Under the pieces are notes generated by a model that was not told the origin of the DNA, made no database searches, and was given only the letters and a program-made list of their open reading frames with translations. The position numbers and the translations under genes are program-made. A stretch of DNA of 64,000 nt from Candidatus Omnitrophota bacterium. GTDB lineage: Bacteria; Hinthialibacterota; Hinthialibacteria; OLB16. Numbering within the stretch: position 1 is the stretch's first letter; every line of letters starts with the position of its first letter. This document shows positions 27,608-37,203 of the stretch, in pieces. Location: positions 2,849 through 66,848 of the forward strand of contig JACKFH010000020.1 in the NCBI GenBank assembly GCA_020632575.1, in the 5' to 3' direction.

Positions 27608-30430
27608 TCATAATGTCAGACGCAATGTTGAGATCTTGTTGGGACCCACATCAAGGGGAATTTCACCACCCTCGATTTCAATTTTACTCTCCAACTTTTC
27701 GTTTAAGTTAATCAATTCCGCTTTGGAAAACACCGCCTTCATCCGCAGTCTTCCAACGATCGATTGATTGGTAGGATTAAAAACCCTGGCGACTATGGCG
27801 GGGCCATCTTCTTCCTGTTTTAGGGCGCTTAGAACGAGTTCAGTCGGTTCAATTTCTAATAAACTCTCAACCAACCCTAAGGAACCTCCCTCGCCCCGAC
27901 CACACTGAATGGGGCGCACCGGAACGTTGAATCGTTGCGACTCCACAAAAACTCCACCTTCGTTCCAGTCTCCCGAATGAGGATATAGCGAAAAACGAAA
28001 GTCTTGCGGGCCCTGGCATTGCCCCCCCTTTTGCTTTGGATATTCCACTCCACGCGTATTTCCACTGCAAATCCAGTTCCGGACCGAACGTAGTAGTGTT
28101 ATCGCTATCGTGCGTTGAGGGTTATCCATCACCTCAAACTCGCACAGACCGTCATTGATGACGGCTAACCCATGATCACCATCCGACACATCCACGAAGG
28201 ATTGCATGGGTAATGTCTGCATGTTTTCCCAGTACCGGCCTTCGCCGAGGAATTTTTCTCGAGGCGAGATGGGACGCTCGTCGACACAGAAGTGGCCTTC
28301 GGCGCAGGAATGGGTGGCGAGTGAGATTCCAGAAGGAAAGAGCGCACGCAACCGGTGGTCTTCGATGTTATTATTGAATTGGACCCTGAGTTCAACCGAT
28401 TTCGCGCCTTTTCGCAAAGTCATGTAAGACCGAATCAGCAGATCACGGTTCGCATCGTCACGGGCCGATTTGTCCTTCAGCGCCCGCGCCGGCAGGGTCA
28501 TCGTGACTTCCGAAACGAATGTCGTTGACAAAGGACCATGCTCCTCAATCCAAGTTCGGACAGGACAGGTCTTGCTTTGGAATGTCTGGTTATTGAGGGG
28601 TTCTTGACGCACCCAATAGGTGCCCACGTCGCCACTATCCTCGTAAGAGAGCTGGTTCGGATATTCCCGGTTTGTGATCTTATTCAGAAGGTTGAACGTT
28701 CCATCAGCGTTCAGCGAAAATCTGAGAAACTCGTTTTCCATGACATCCGGCCCCTTCAGGAGGCTGCCCTCGATGGCTTCTGGCAAAGGCCATATGTCCA
28801 GTTTTTTTTCCTTCCGCGGGCACTTGCCAATACGGAGCGTTTTAAATCCTCCGGCAGGGACCTCGCCTGTTTCGAGAAAGAAAGTATGACGGGTGGAGGC
28901 GAATGCACGGGGCCGAGCATTTTTATCACATTCCATTGGCATTGCCTCTTCAATCGAAAGGCGCTGAACAGGCATCCGTCGACCATTCTCTTCAACCGTG
29001 ATAGCCGTGATTTCTTGTTCCGCTGGGGTGTCGGCAATCACCTTAATGATTTCCGACCGCGGGAAGGGCAAGGGATTGAATAGGACCAGGAAAACGTCTT
29101 CGGGGGAAGTCTCGCCAAAGTCGATCATTTTTAGGAATTCCACTGTGGCTGCATTCTCAACCACCTTGCTCAGTTCCTCTGCCTGATCGAGACGGTACAT
29201 GACATCGTTCGCGGTCTTATCCTGGGTTACACCGTTGATCGAGTCGTGCGGTTGGGACTTGAGGAGATAGTCCCAGGCCAAATCGAGGTAGGCTCTGGGA
29301 TAAGGCGCTCCTTGCGAATAAGCCAGGGCCGCAAGAGGTTCCGCCCGCTGAATCAAGCGATGCTGAACACGGCGATTTTTGTGCTTGATATAGGAGCGGG
29401 TGGCTAAGGCGTTGCAGGTTGTTTTCTCCACGGGGCCATCCCGCAGCTCGCCCTTCACCACCTTCAAATCATTGATGTTGACACCTTCTTTAAGAGCCTC
29501 CATAAACTCGGGCAATGAGCTATGCCTGAATTGACGAGATTCGTCGAGGCGATTGGCTTCTTCAATGATTTTCAAGACTGTGGGCTGTGGATAAATGAAG
29601 TCGCAACCGTCACCCATGAATCGATGGCTGGGAACAAGCGTCTCCTCTGTCGTATCCCAAGCATCCTCGAGAGCCTTCCTGAGCTTTTCCGCGTGGAATC
29701 CGTCACATGAATCGACACGAAAGTAGTCCAATTCCTGGCCTTCTTCATCTGCGGGTCGATAGGGCAGACCGCCCAGGTTCCACCGAAATGTCCAGTCATT
29801 GGGGACAATGTCCTCGCCAAAACAGACTGGAATAACACAAGTGAAGAAAAAGTTTTGACGGCCGAACATAATGCCCAACCGCGTCGTCAGTGCTTGGGTT
29901 CCATCCGGCGCTTCCCACAAAAATTCAGAATGGGGGGCCCGCTCGGAGTTTACCGTTTTACCAAAGAGAATCGTGTCGATTCCGAACCCGGCGTAAATCT
30001 GTGGCAACTGTGCCGTTTGGCCCCATCCGAAAACGGTATATCCGACGGTGAGAGTTCCCCCGTAACTATTTGCGACTCGAATTCCCTTGAGCAGATTCCG
30101 GACGAGACATTCGCCACTAACCGGGTGTTCGTCCGGAAGCGTGTACCAGGGCCCAATAAAGAGTCGACCATCCCGTACAGCCGTTTCGATCCGTGTGCGG
30201 TTTTCAGGTCGAATTTGCAGGTAATCCTCAATTGGCACCGCTTGGCCATCCATGAGGAAGGCGCGATAGGACGGATCGCGGTCGAATATTTCCAGAAGCA
30301 TATCCAGACACCCCACCAGCATTTCACGTGTCTGCCAAATTGGATACCGCCATTCCCTGTCCCAGTGAGTGTGTGTGATGACATGTGCAGTTTGGGTTGT
30401 GGTCGATTCGAGCATGCGATTTTCCATCAA
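27608..30430 (-). CDS. GH38 alpha-mannosidase
   Basis: THTHWDREW, FLMDGQ, IGPWYTLPDE, DVFGW-like segment, QPHDSING, ITLLRSV. Confidence 0.93.
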   Translation of the reverse strand: MMENRMLESTTTQTAHVITHTHWDREWRYPIWQTREMLVGCLDMLLEIFDRDPSYRAFLMDGQAVPIEDYLQIRPENRTRIETAVRDGRLFIGPWYTLPDEHPVSGECLVRNLLKGIRVANSYGGTLTVGYTVFGWGQTAQLPQIYAGFGIDTILFGKTVNSERAPHSEFLWEAPDGTQALTTRLGIMFGRQNFFFTCVIPVCFGEDIVPNDWTFRWNLGGLPYRPADEEGQELDYFRVDSCDGFHAEKLRKALEDAWDTTEETLVPSHRFMGDGCDFIYPQPTVLKIIEEANRLDESRQFRHSSLPEFMEALKEGVNINDLKVVKGELRDGPVEKTTCNALATRSYIKHKNRRVQHRLIQRAEPLAALAYSQGAPYPRAYLDLAWDYLLKSQPHDSINGVTQDKTANDVMYRLDQAEELSKVVENAATVEFLKMIDFGETSPEDVFLVLFNPLPFPRSEIIKVIADTPAEQEITAITVEENGRRMPVQRLSIEEAMPMECDKNARPRAFASTRHTFFLETGEVPAGGFKTLRIGKCPRKEKKLDIWPLPEAIEGSLLKGPDVMENEFLRFSLNADGTFNLLNKITNREYPNQLSYEDSGDVGTYWVRQEPLNNQTFQSKTCPVRTWIEEHGPLSTTFVSEVTMTLPARALKDKSARDDANRDLLIRSYMTLRKGAKSVELRVQFNNNIEDHRLRALFPSGISLATHSCAEGHFCVDERPISPREKFLGEGRYWENMQTLPMQSFVDVSDGDHGLAVINDGLCEFEVMDNPQRTIAITLLRSVRNWICSGNTRGVEYPKQKGGQCQGPQDFRFSLYPHSGDWNEGGVFVESQRFNVPVRPIQCGRGEGGSLGLVESLLEIEPTELVLSALKQEEDGPAIVARVFNPTNQSIVGRLRMKAVFSKAELINLNEKLESKIEIEGGEIPLDVGPNKISTLRLTL

Positions 30431-30484
30431 AGTGGGGCGGTTATTAACGCATCAAGAAGAGATGATAGCATGAAAAATGAGTAA

Positions 30485-30498
30485 CGCAAAGGTTTACA
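30485..30498. promoter_or_regulatory. Putative LacI operator 1, upstream of GH38
   Basis: CGCAAAGGTTTACA; its reverse complement shares a 16-mer (GTAAACCTTTGCGTTA) with site 5. Confidence 0.7.
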
Positions 30499-30595
30499 TT
30501 CAGGATTCATAGATAGTCAATTTTCGTCTCTCTTGATCCACATTGCAAGCGTCTTATCGCTTAAAATCCATCTCTCCAAAATCCTAGATTTAAAG

Positions 30596-30609
30596 AGTAA
30601 ACGTTTGCG
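30596..30609. promoter_or_regulatory. Putative LacI operator 2
   Basis: AGTAAACGTTTGCG. Confidence 0.7.
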
Positions 30610-30780
30610 TACTTTCAGCGTTGAGGCAATTCCTGAATGGCTTGCATGAAAATCAACTACCTTATCCCCTGTCTTGGGGAGATCATCAGAATTGCTCCGG
30701 GTTGATATCGAAACCATCTCAAGTTTTGGAGATGGGAGTGACATGCCCAAGCACTAACTAGAACTTTCCCGGTAACCTCT

Positions 30781-30806
30781 CCCCCCCCTCGAATCGAGGG
30801 TGGGGG
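30781..30806. terminator. GC-rich hairpin downstream of the GH71/99-like gene
   Basis: CCCCCCCCTC-GAATC-GAGGGTGGGGG; near-identical hairpin at 33089. No clear U-tract. Confidence 0.5.
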
Positions 30807-30840
30807 AATATCAATTGAGAGTTGTCCCACGCGCCACGGG

Positions 30841-32961
30841 TCAATAAAGCTGCCAGTTGGAAACTGATAGAGGTCCGGGCGTTGGAGTGGGAGTCGGCGC
30901 TGGTGGATCATTTGGATCGATGGGTATTGTGGAGGTGAGTGGAATTTCACCTCGAAGCATTTGGGTTCCAGCACCCACAAGACGAAGATACCAGTCATTT
31001 GGCAATTCTTCATAGGAGATCCAGTTGTCGGTCACCGGATGGTTATTGGTCACCTTGAAGATGGCGGTTGATTCATCGACTTCATCGAACATCGCAACGA
31101 AGATCATATTGACGCCAACGTCCTGAACGGCATGAAGCTGGTCCCAAATGAATTGACCGTCCTGTCGGGAGATGAGGGAAGTCCCAGGGGCCAGATTCAT
31201 GAGATTGTCCCAGCTGAACCCTGGCCACACGACGGGCAAATAATCGATGTTTAATGAGGTCGTCTCGGCCACATCGGGTATCCACACATTATTCTTGATG
31301 TTATTCATTCCCGTGGTATCGGAAAATCGACCCACCATCCAGGGATTGATCATGTCCCAGCTCCGATAAATTGTGGCCCATCCCGGATCGGACTCTGAGT
31401 CCGCGGTAAGAGTCCTCCAACGAGAAGGGACTCCACCGACCAGAAAATTTCCTCCATAAGTGGGATCGTTCCGGAAGAAATCGATGACCGCGGCGGCCGT
31501 GGCGGTGGTGTGACCGCGACCGTTAAAGCCCAACCCCCAGATCTCAACAACCGGCTTGCCGTCATGGTACAGGTAGCGGGGGTCATTGGTGATATCGTAA
31601 GTGTCGACGAGGTATTTCCAATCGTCGGTGAGTTTCTGCAACATATTGCTGTCGGACATTCCACTTGTGTCATATTCGAGAGCGAACACTCGACCGTGAG
31701 CGTTTGCGGAATCGCGGACATGTTCAAGGACTCTGTTGCGAATATTGAAGAAAGCCGGGTCTTGGACTTCGCCGATGAACCGCTGGAGAAATACCCCATC
31801 GATGCCATACTCTTCCATCCATCGGAAATGGACGTCGACCACCCCCGGCCTGAAGGAACTGAAGAGTTTTCCAGGAGAGCTATCCAAGAGGGTGACTCCC
31901 GGAACGGGGAAGAGATCCTCCTCCGCGTACTCGCTTACGTCCGGCCACATATCCACGCCGAACATGCCTGGCCCTATGGAATTTGAACCTTTCCCCCAGT
32001 GCCGCCAGCCAATCGCCGGGATGTTGCCATCGCCAGGAGCCATGAACCAACCCTGGTAGCCGCAGACGATTTTCGAATCCATCGTGTTCGCATCGACCAC
32101 CGCCACGGGGGTTGGTGTGGGACCCGGAGGAGTGGATGCGGTTACTATCGTTTGGTCGGTTCCCGTATTGTAAATGACATCGACATCCCCCACGATTCCA
32201 TTGCCAGCGAGATACCCAGCTGTGGAATAATCTCTCATCACCCCAACAAAATCTCCGGGAAGAGTGACTTGACCCGTTCCATTGATGTTGAGGAGAGAAC
32301 CGGGTTGGATAGAAGTTCCACTCGCGTGAATGTTGAACAAATTCAGAGCGCCGCCGTCGTTAACATTGACTGTGGCGACACCGCCCGATGGATTGACGGC
32401 GTCAATGGTGCCGAGACCAAGGATGCCTCCGGTCTGGTTGAGAGTTCCGTTAATGTTGACCGTTGCGACGCCGGCCGCTCCGGCGGAAAACCATAGGTGA
32501 CTGCCAACGTTGATAACCGCTCCGGCATCAATCGTTAGGTCACCGGTTACCTGAGCAGCGCTACCGTTACCGCCCACCCATAGAATATCGGCAACGTTGA
32601 TTATCGCGCCCGCCGCCACAGTCATCGTCCCGGCGGAATTGTTGTGTCCGACGTAGAGACGATTAAGGACGTTAAGAGTTCCTCCGGAACTGACTTCCAG
32701 ATTACTGTCCTCATCCTGACCGATGCGGACGTTCAGGACATCCGGAGCTGTACTGCCAAGAGTCACTGTGTTTCCGGCCCAATTCAAAATGGCGGTATCG
32801 CCTGAACTTGGAAGAACTCCACCCACCCAATTCGAGGCAGTTGTCCAAGAGCCGCTGCCCATATAGCGAATATCGGCGCAATTGGCTGAGCCGGCAATGC
32901 ATGCCAAAACAACCAATTTCAGGATCCCGGAGAAAGTGAAATTTCTGGTTATCATCTTCAT
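30841..32961 (-). CDS. Secreted protein: N-terminal IRYM..GxW repeat-family domain, GH71/GH99-like catalytic domain, PT linker, SVSNWQLY tail
   Basis: CGYQGWF, DMWPDVSEY, DGVFLQRF, EYDTSG, WMVGRF, VWPGFSWDN, AMFDEVDESTAIFK. In-frame alternative start at 33015. Confidence 0.85.
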   Translation of the reverse strand: MKMITRNFTFSGILKLVVLACIAGSANCADIRYMGSGSWTTASNWVGGVLPSSGDTAILNWAGNTVTLGSTAPDVLNVRIGQDEDSNLEVSSGGTLNVLNRLYVGHNNSAGTMTVAAGAIINVADILWVGGNGSAAQVTGDLTIDAGAVINVGSHLWFSAGAAGVATVNINGTLNQTGGILGLGTIDAVNPSGGVATVNVNDGGALNLFNIHASGTSIQPGSLLNINGTGQVTLPGDFVGVMRDYSTAGYLAGNGIVGDVDVIYNTGTDQTIVTASTPPGPTPTPVAVVDANTMDSKIVCGYQGWFMAPGDGNIPAIGWRHWGKGSNSIGPGMFGVDMWPDVSEYAEEDLFPVPGVTLLDSSPGKLFSSFRPGVVDVHFRWMEEYGIDGVFLQRFIGEVQDPAFFNIRNRVLEHVRDSANAHGRVFALEYDTSGMSDSNMLQKLTDDWKYLVDTYDITNDPRYLYHDGKPVVEIWGLGFNGRGHTTATAAAVIDFFRNDPTYGGNFLVGGVPSRWRTLTADSESDPGWATIYRSWDMINPWMVGRFSDTTGMNNIKNNVWIPDVAETTSLNIDYLPVVWPGFSWDNLMNLAPGTSLISRQDGQFIWDQLHAVQDVGVNMIFVAMFDEVDESTAIFKVTNNHPVTDNWISYEELPNDWYLRLVGAGTQMLRGEIPLTSTIPIDPNDPPAPTPTPTPGPLSVSNWQLY

Positions 32962-33088
32962 GATCTCGCTTTCTTGGTTGAATTCATTGGCAAGTGACGC
33001 AACCTCCAATACCAATGAACCTCTTTTCGGATGATTGACTTGGCGCCTACGATTATCGATTCAGAAGGGATCCCAGAAGGAAATTACC

Positions 33089-33115
33089 CCCCCACCCTCG
33101 AAAAGAGGGTGGGGG
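33089..33115. terminator. GC-rich hairpin between paralogous genes
   Basis: Perfect 11-bp stem CCCCCACCCTC-GAAAA-GAGGGTGGGGG. Confidence 0.55.
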
Positions 33116-33158
33116 ATCTGTTGTGTAGATCATTTAGCGCCCAAGGATGTAGCTGATT

Positions 33159-34781
33159 CTAATATAAACCCCAATCATTCACTGCTAGTGGAGCAACAAT
33201 GACCGTGGTAAATCCTGGATTTGACGTCAAATTTGTCTGGATGTTTCCGGGAACGCCATCACCGGCAATGTAGCCGTTGCTGGCATAGTCAGCAATAACG
33301 GCTTCGAAATCACCGGGAAGGGTGACCTGCCCGCTTCCATTTATGTTTAGGATTGACCCGGGCTGGATCGAGGTTCCGGCTGCATGGATATTAAATAAGT
33401 TTAGGACTCCCCCATCCTCAACGTTAAGGGTTGCCACTCCACCGGATGGATTAACCGCATCGATTGTGCCGAGCCCGAGGATACCCCCTGTTTGATTGAG
33501 AACTCCGCTGACATTTATTGTCGCGAGCCCCGCGGCGCCTGCGGCAGCCCAAAGATGATTGCTGAAGTTGACCTCGCCTCCGGCTTCAATGGTGAGCGTT
33601 CCAGTTACCGCTGCGGGACTCCCATTACCACCAACCCAGAGGATGTCGGTGACATTCACAACCGCTCCGTTGGCAACGAGCATTGTACCGGTTGAATTGT
33701 TATGGCCAACATAAAGGCGTTGCACGACGGTTAAGGATCCACCAGCGTTCACTTCGAGTGTGCTGTCCTCATCCTGACCGATTCTAACTTGATAAACATC
33801 GGGGGCCGCGCCATTCAATGTAACGGTGTTGTTTCCCCAATTGAGAATCGCGGTTTCCAATTCACAGGGAACATTCCCAGTCTGCCAATTGGAGGCGGTC
33901 AACCAATCACCGCTGTTCATATACCGAACGTTGCCTGCCATACAAACCGGAGCAGCCTGAACGACGGTGACCGTCGTGAAACCTGGATTAGTTGTGAGAT
34001 CCGCCTGAACATTTCCAACCACACCATCGCCGGCGAAATAACCGTTGCCCGCGTAGGTCCCAATCACACTGACAAAATCGCCCGGAATGGTCACCTGGCC
34101 GCTTCCGAAGATGTTGATAATCGAACCGGGTTGAATCGAACCTCCACTTCCCGAAATGTTGTTCAGAGCCAGAACACCGCCATCATTGACGTTAACGGTG
34201 GCAACACCCCCTGATGGGTTGGATGCATCGATCGTCCCGAGACCGAGGATACCTCCGGTTTGGTTGAGATTTCCGCTGATGTTGACCGTCGCGACTCCAG
34301 CAGCTCCGGCCGACCACCATAGATGGTTTCCGACGTTGACAATTCCACCCGCCTCGATCGTCAGCGTTCCGGTTACCGCTTGGGGGCTCCCATTCCCACC
34401 AACCCAAAGAATGTCAGTGACATTCACAACCGCTCCACTGGCGACCGTCATGGTCCCCGTGGAGTTGTTGTGCCCCACATAGAGGCGGTTTAGCACATTG
34501 AGGGTCCCGCCCGCGTTGACCTGAAGGTTACTGTTTTCGTCCTGTCCAATCCGAACATCTAGGACATCGGGAGCCTGAGCCGCCAGTGTAACCGTGTTGC
34601 CCCCCCAGTTAAGAATGGCCCTATCCATGTCACCGGGGATCGCACCCCCCACCCAACCGGATGCCGTGTTCCAGTCGCCGTTCGACATATACCGAATGTC
34701 CGCCGCGTCTGTGTGACTGGCGAGACAAGCCAGCAATGTCAATGAAATACAAGTCGAAATAAGAAAATTCCTGCTCCACAT
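33159..34781 (-). CDS. Secreted protein of two tandem IRYM..GxW domains with AVNDWGLY tail
   Basis: Signal peptide; units start IRYMSNGDW and VRYMNSGDW; each contains GGILGLGTIDAxNPSGGVAT. Confidence 0.88.
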   Translation of the reverse strand: MWSRNFLISTCISLTLLACLASHTDAADIRYMSNGDWNTASGWVGGAIPGDMDRAILNWGGNTVTLAAQAPDVLDVRIGQDENSNLQVNAGGTLNVLNRLYVGHNNSTGTMTVASGAVVNVTDILWVGGNGSPQAVTGTLTIEAGGIVNVGNHLWWSAGAAGVATVNISGNLNQTGGILGLGTIDASNPSGGVATVNVNDGGVLALNNISGSGGSIQPGSIINIFGSGQVTIPGDFVSVIGTYAGNGYFAGDGVVGNVQADLTTNPGFTTVTVVQAAPVCMAGNVRYMNSGDWLTASNWQTGNVPCELETAILNWGNNTVTLNGAAPDVYQVRIGQDEDSTLEVNAGGSLTVVQRLYVGHNNSTGTMLVANGAVVNVTDILWVGGNGSPAAVTGTLTIEAGGEVNFSNHLWAAAGAAGLATINVSGVLNQTGGILGLGTIDAVNPSGGVATLNVEDGGVLNLFNIHAAGTSIQPGSILNINGSGQVTLPGDFEAVIADYASNGYIAGDGVPGNIQTNLTSNPGFTTVIVAPLAVNDWGLY

Positions 34782-34855
34782 ATCCACAACCTCACTTTCT
34801 TTTGGACCGATTTTCTCCTATTCGTTCCGGAATAAATTCGGAAATGACCACAGAG

Positions 34856-34869
34856 AGTAAACGTTTACT
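34856..34869. promoter_or_regulatory. Putative LacI operator 3 (perfect palindrome)
   Basis: AGTAAACGTTTACT, just downstream of a minus-strand TTGAAA-N16-TAGAAT promoter. Confidence 0.85.
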
Positions 34870-34964
34870 AATCAATTCTAGCAGAACGGAACTCGATTTC
34901 AAGCGTTTTTTTCCTTTTTAGCACAATTCTCTGAACAATTCCGCATTTCTCCGGACCTTATGAA

Positions 34965-34978
34965 CGTAAACCTTTTCA
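34965..34978. promoter_or_regulatory. Putative LacI operator 4 (weak/auxiliary)
   Basis: CGTAAACCTTTTCA. Confidence 0.5.
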
Positions 34979-35160
34979 TATCACGCCCTTGCGGTGGCGG
35001 ACTTAATGGATCAAGTGCCTGCTTCCTTCTCCGCCACCCGGCCAAGGATCGGCCTCCCATCCTTGAAGTGATACGGGCATGGGAAGGATTTCCTTGAGAG
35101 GAAATCGCCCACTAAACCCACTCGCCTTCTAGAAAACAAGCCAAAAGTGGCGACACGCCT

Positions 35161-36030
35161 TTACCGATACAATCCCCACTCCGATACAGAGGAAGATGGA
35201 GAAGGCGGGGGCGCGACCACGACGGTGGTCTCATCGGCGCCAAGGTCATATGATACGGCTACGTTTCCGACAACGTCGTCACCGGATATGAACCCGGCCG
35301 CCGCGTAAGATTCCATAACTCCAACAAAGTCCCCGGGGAGAGTCACGCGGCCGCTTCCGTAGATATTCAGCATGGAACCAGGCTGAATCGAAGTCCCGGC
35401 CGCATGAATATTGTTCAACGCGAGAAGGCCGCCATCATTGACATTCAGCGTTGCGGTTCCACCCGATGGGTCCACCGCGTTAATCGTCCCGAGACCCAAG
35501 ATTCCATCGACGTTTCCGGTTTGGATAATGGCTCCTCCGCTGTTGATATTAACGACGCAGGAACCGGTGGAATCCGGGCCAAACCATAGGTGACTGAAGA
35601 CATTGATGACTGCCCCATCGTTCACATCGATAGTTCCGAAGGAACCCATTCGACCCGCCCAAAGTATCCGGCCCACGTTGACGACCGCGCCGCTGTTGAC
35701 CGTTAACGTTCCAGTGACCGAACCGTTGTTGCCAGCGGTCACATCCTGAAATGCTGAGAGCACGCCTCCATCTTCGATCACTAGGTTGCCGGATTCATCC
35801 ACACCGATCTGGACACGGTTCACCAGCGGCGCCTCGTAATCCAATGTCACCGTGTTGTTGGCCCAGTTGATTCGAGCGGTATCGAATTCACCGGGAATCG
35901 CACCACCGACCCAGTTTGCAGCTTCGCTCCAAGGCCCATCGCCCATATATCGTATATTCTGGGCCTTGGCCGGACTTCCCGCGTATAGCAACGCGATCAC
36001 CACGATCCATCCAAATCTTCCTAAAATCAC
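35161..36030 (-). CDS. Secreted single IRYM..GxW-domain protein with SVSEWGLYR tail
   Basis: Signal peptide; IRYMGDGPWSEAANWVGGAIPG; GILGLGTINAVDPSGG; Pro/Ser linker. Confidence 0.88.
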   Translation of the reverse strand: MILGRFGWIVVIALLYAGSPAKAQNIRYMGDGPWSEAANWVGGAIPGEFDTARINWANNTVTLDYEAPLVNRVQIGVDESGNLVIEDGGVLSAFQDVTAGNNGSVTGTLTVNSGAVVNVGRILWAGRMGSFGTIDVNDGAVINVFSHLWFGPDSTGSCVVNINSGGAIIQTGNVDGILGLGTINAVDPSGGTATLNVNDGGLLALNNIHAAGTSIQPGSMLNIYGSGRVTLPGDFVGVMESYAAAGFISGDDVVGNVAVSYDLGADETTVVVAPPPSPSSSVSEWGLYR

Positions 36031-36282
36031 CTTAAAAACCTCTCTTTCTCTCCACCCTAATCAGGGGAATGGAATGAATTGAGCACTCATGCATATCTCG
36101 TCCACAAAGTCGCTCTTTTTCCCGAGGCCTTCCATCTAGCCTACTTGTGGAATTCGAGACCCTTTCGATCATCCGACACGGCCTGAGACCAATCCCCCAA
36201 TCAGAAACGGACTGTCGCGTGCCTTTATACGCCTCCGAATCCGTTCAAAACGCTTGAGTCTCAGTCGCCAGTCGGGCAACAA

Positions 36283-36296
36283 CGTAAACCTTTGCG
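36283..36296. promoter_or_regulatory. Putative LacI operator 5 (divergent promoter region)
   Basis: CGTAAACCTTTGCG. Confidence 0.7.
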
Positions 36297-36390
36297 TTAG
36301 AGGCTATCAATTCAAAAACCCGATGACAAGACATTTTTTAGTTTTAATTCCACTTTTTCCAGAAGTTAAAGAGAATCAGGAAGTTTATAG

Positions 36391-36404
36391 AGTAAAGGTT
36401 TACA
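36391..36404. promoter_or_regulatory. Putative LacI operator 6, upstream of the pseudopilin
   Basis: AGTAAAGGTTTACA. Confidence 0.7.
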
Positions 36405-36519
36405 CATAAGGCCGATCCTGTTAGAGTGGTTTCCAGTTGTGGGACAAATTGCGATGGAGGATGGCTGTTGGGTTCTTTTTGAGTCTGCCCCATCCAACCG
36501 CGAAACGAGGAGGCAATTC

Positions 36520-37203
36520 ATGTGGAGAAGAGAGAGGGCCTTTACGCTAATTGAGCTGCTGATCGTGATTGCGATCATCTTAATCCTGATTGCAATCGCG
36601 CTTCCTAACTTCTTGGAAGCTCAGATCCGCGCCAAGGTGGCGAATGTAAGCGCTGAATTGAAAACCATTGAGACCGCCGTCACATCCTATCGATTGGAGC
36701 GGGGATTTGATCCAGCCGATGGGACCACGCTTGGAGGGGCTGGGTATGTGGCCGGATCCGAGGGAAATCCATTTGTTTGGTCCCAGCTGACCACACCCGT
36801 CCAATACCTAACATCCATCCCGATCGACGAGTTTCTGCCGGCGGATTATGCGGTGGACGGAGGCGGCAACGGAAGCGGTGTCCGAGACCCGAACAACAAC
36901 GTTTATCGTTATTACGCAGCCGGGTGGCGGTGCCAAGCGGCGGGATTCTCCCTCATCGAACCGCGGCGTCTCGAGTGTCGGGTCAATCCGGCGATTCGGG
37001 GGCAAATTTATTCTCACCCCTTTGATCCCGATAAAGGCTTTTTGGGGTCTTGGATCGCTCTCTCCGCCGGGCCCGATCAGAGCCATGGCTATGGCGAGTG
37101 GGAATTACGTGTCACGGCCCAGAGCAATGGTTACCCGCGCACCTATTCTCCCACCAACGGCACCAGGAGCTACGGCGACATCGTCCAAACTGGCGGTGGT
37201 TGA
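36520..37203 (+). CDS. Prepilin-type N-terminal cleavage/methylation (PulG-like pseudopilin) protein
   Basis: MWRRERA|FTLIELLIVIAIILILIAIALPNFLEAQIRAKV; C-terminal SAGPD...YSPTNGTRSYGDI. Confidence 0.9.
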   Translation: MWRRERAFTLIELLIVIAIILILIAIALPNFLEAQIRAKVANVSAELKTIETAVTSYRLERGFDPADGTTLGGAGYVAGSEGNPFVWSQLTTPVQYLTSIPIDEFLPADYAVDGGGNGSGVRDPNNNVYRYYAAGWRCQAAGFSLIEPRRLECRVNPAIRGQIYSHPFDPDKGFLGSWIALSAGPDQSHGYGEWELRVTAQSNGYPRTYSPTNGTRSYGDIVQTGGG

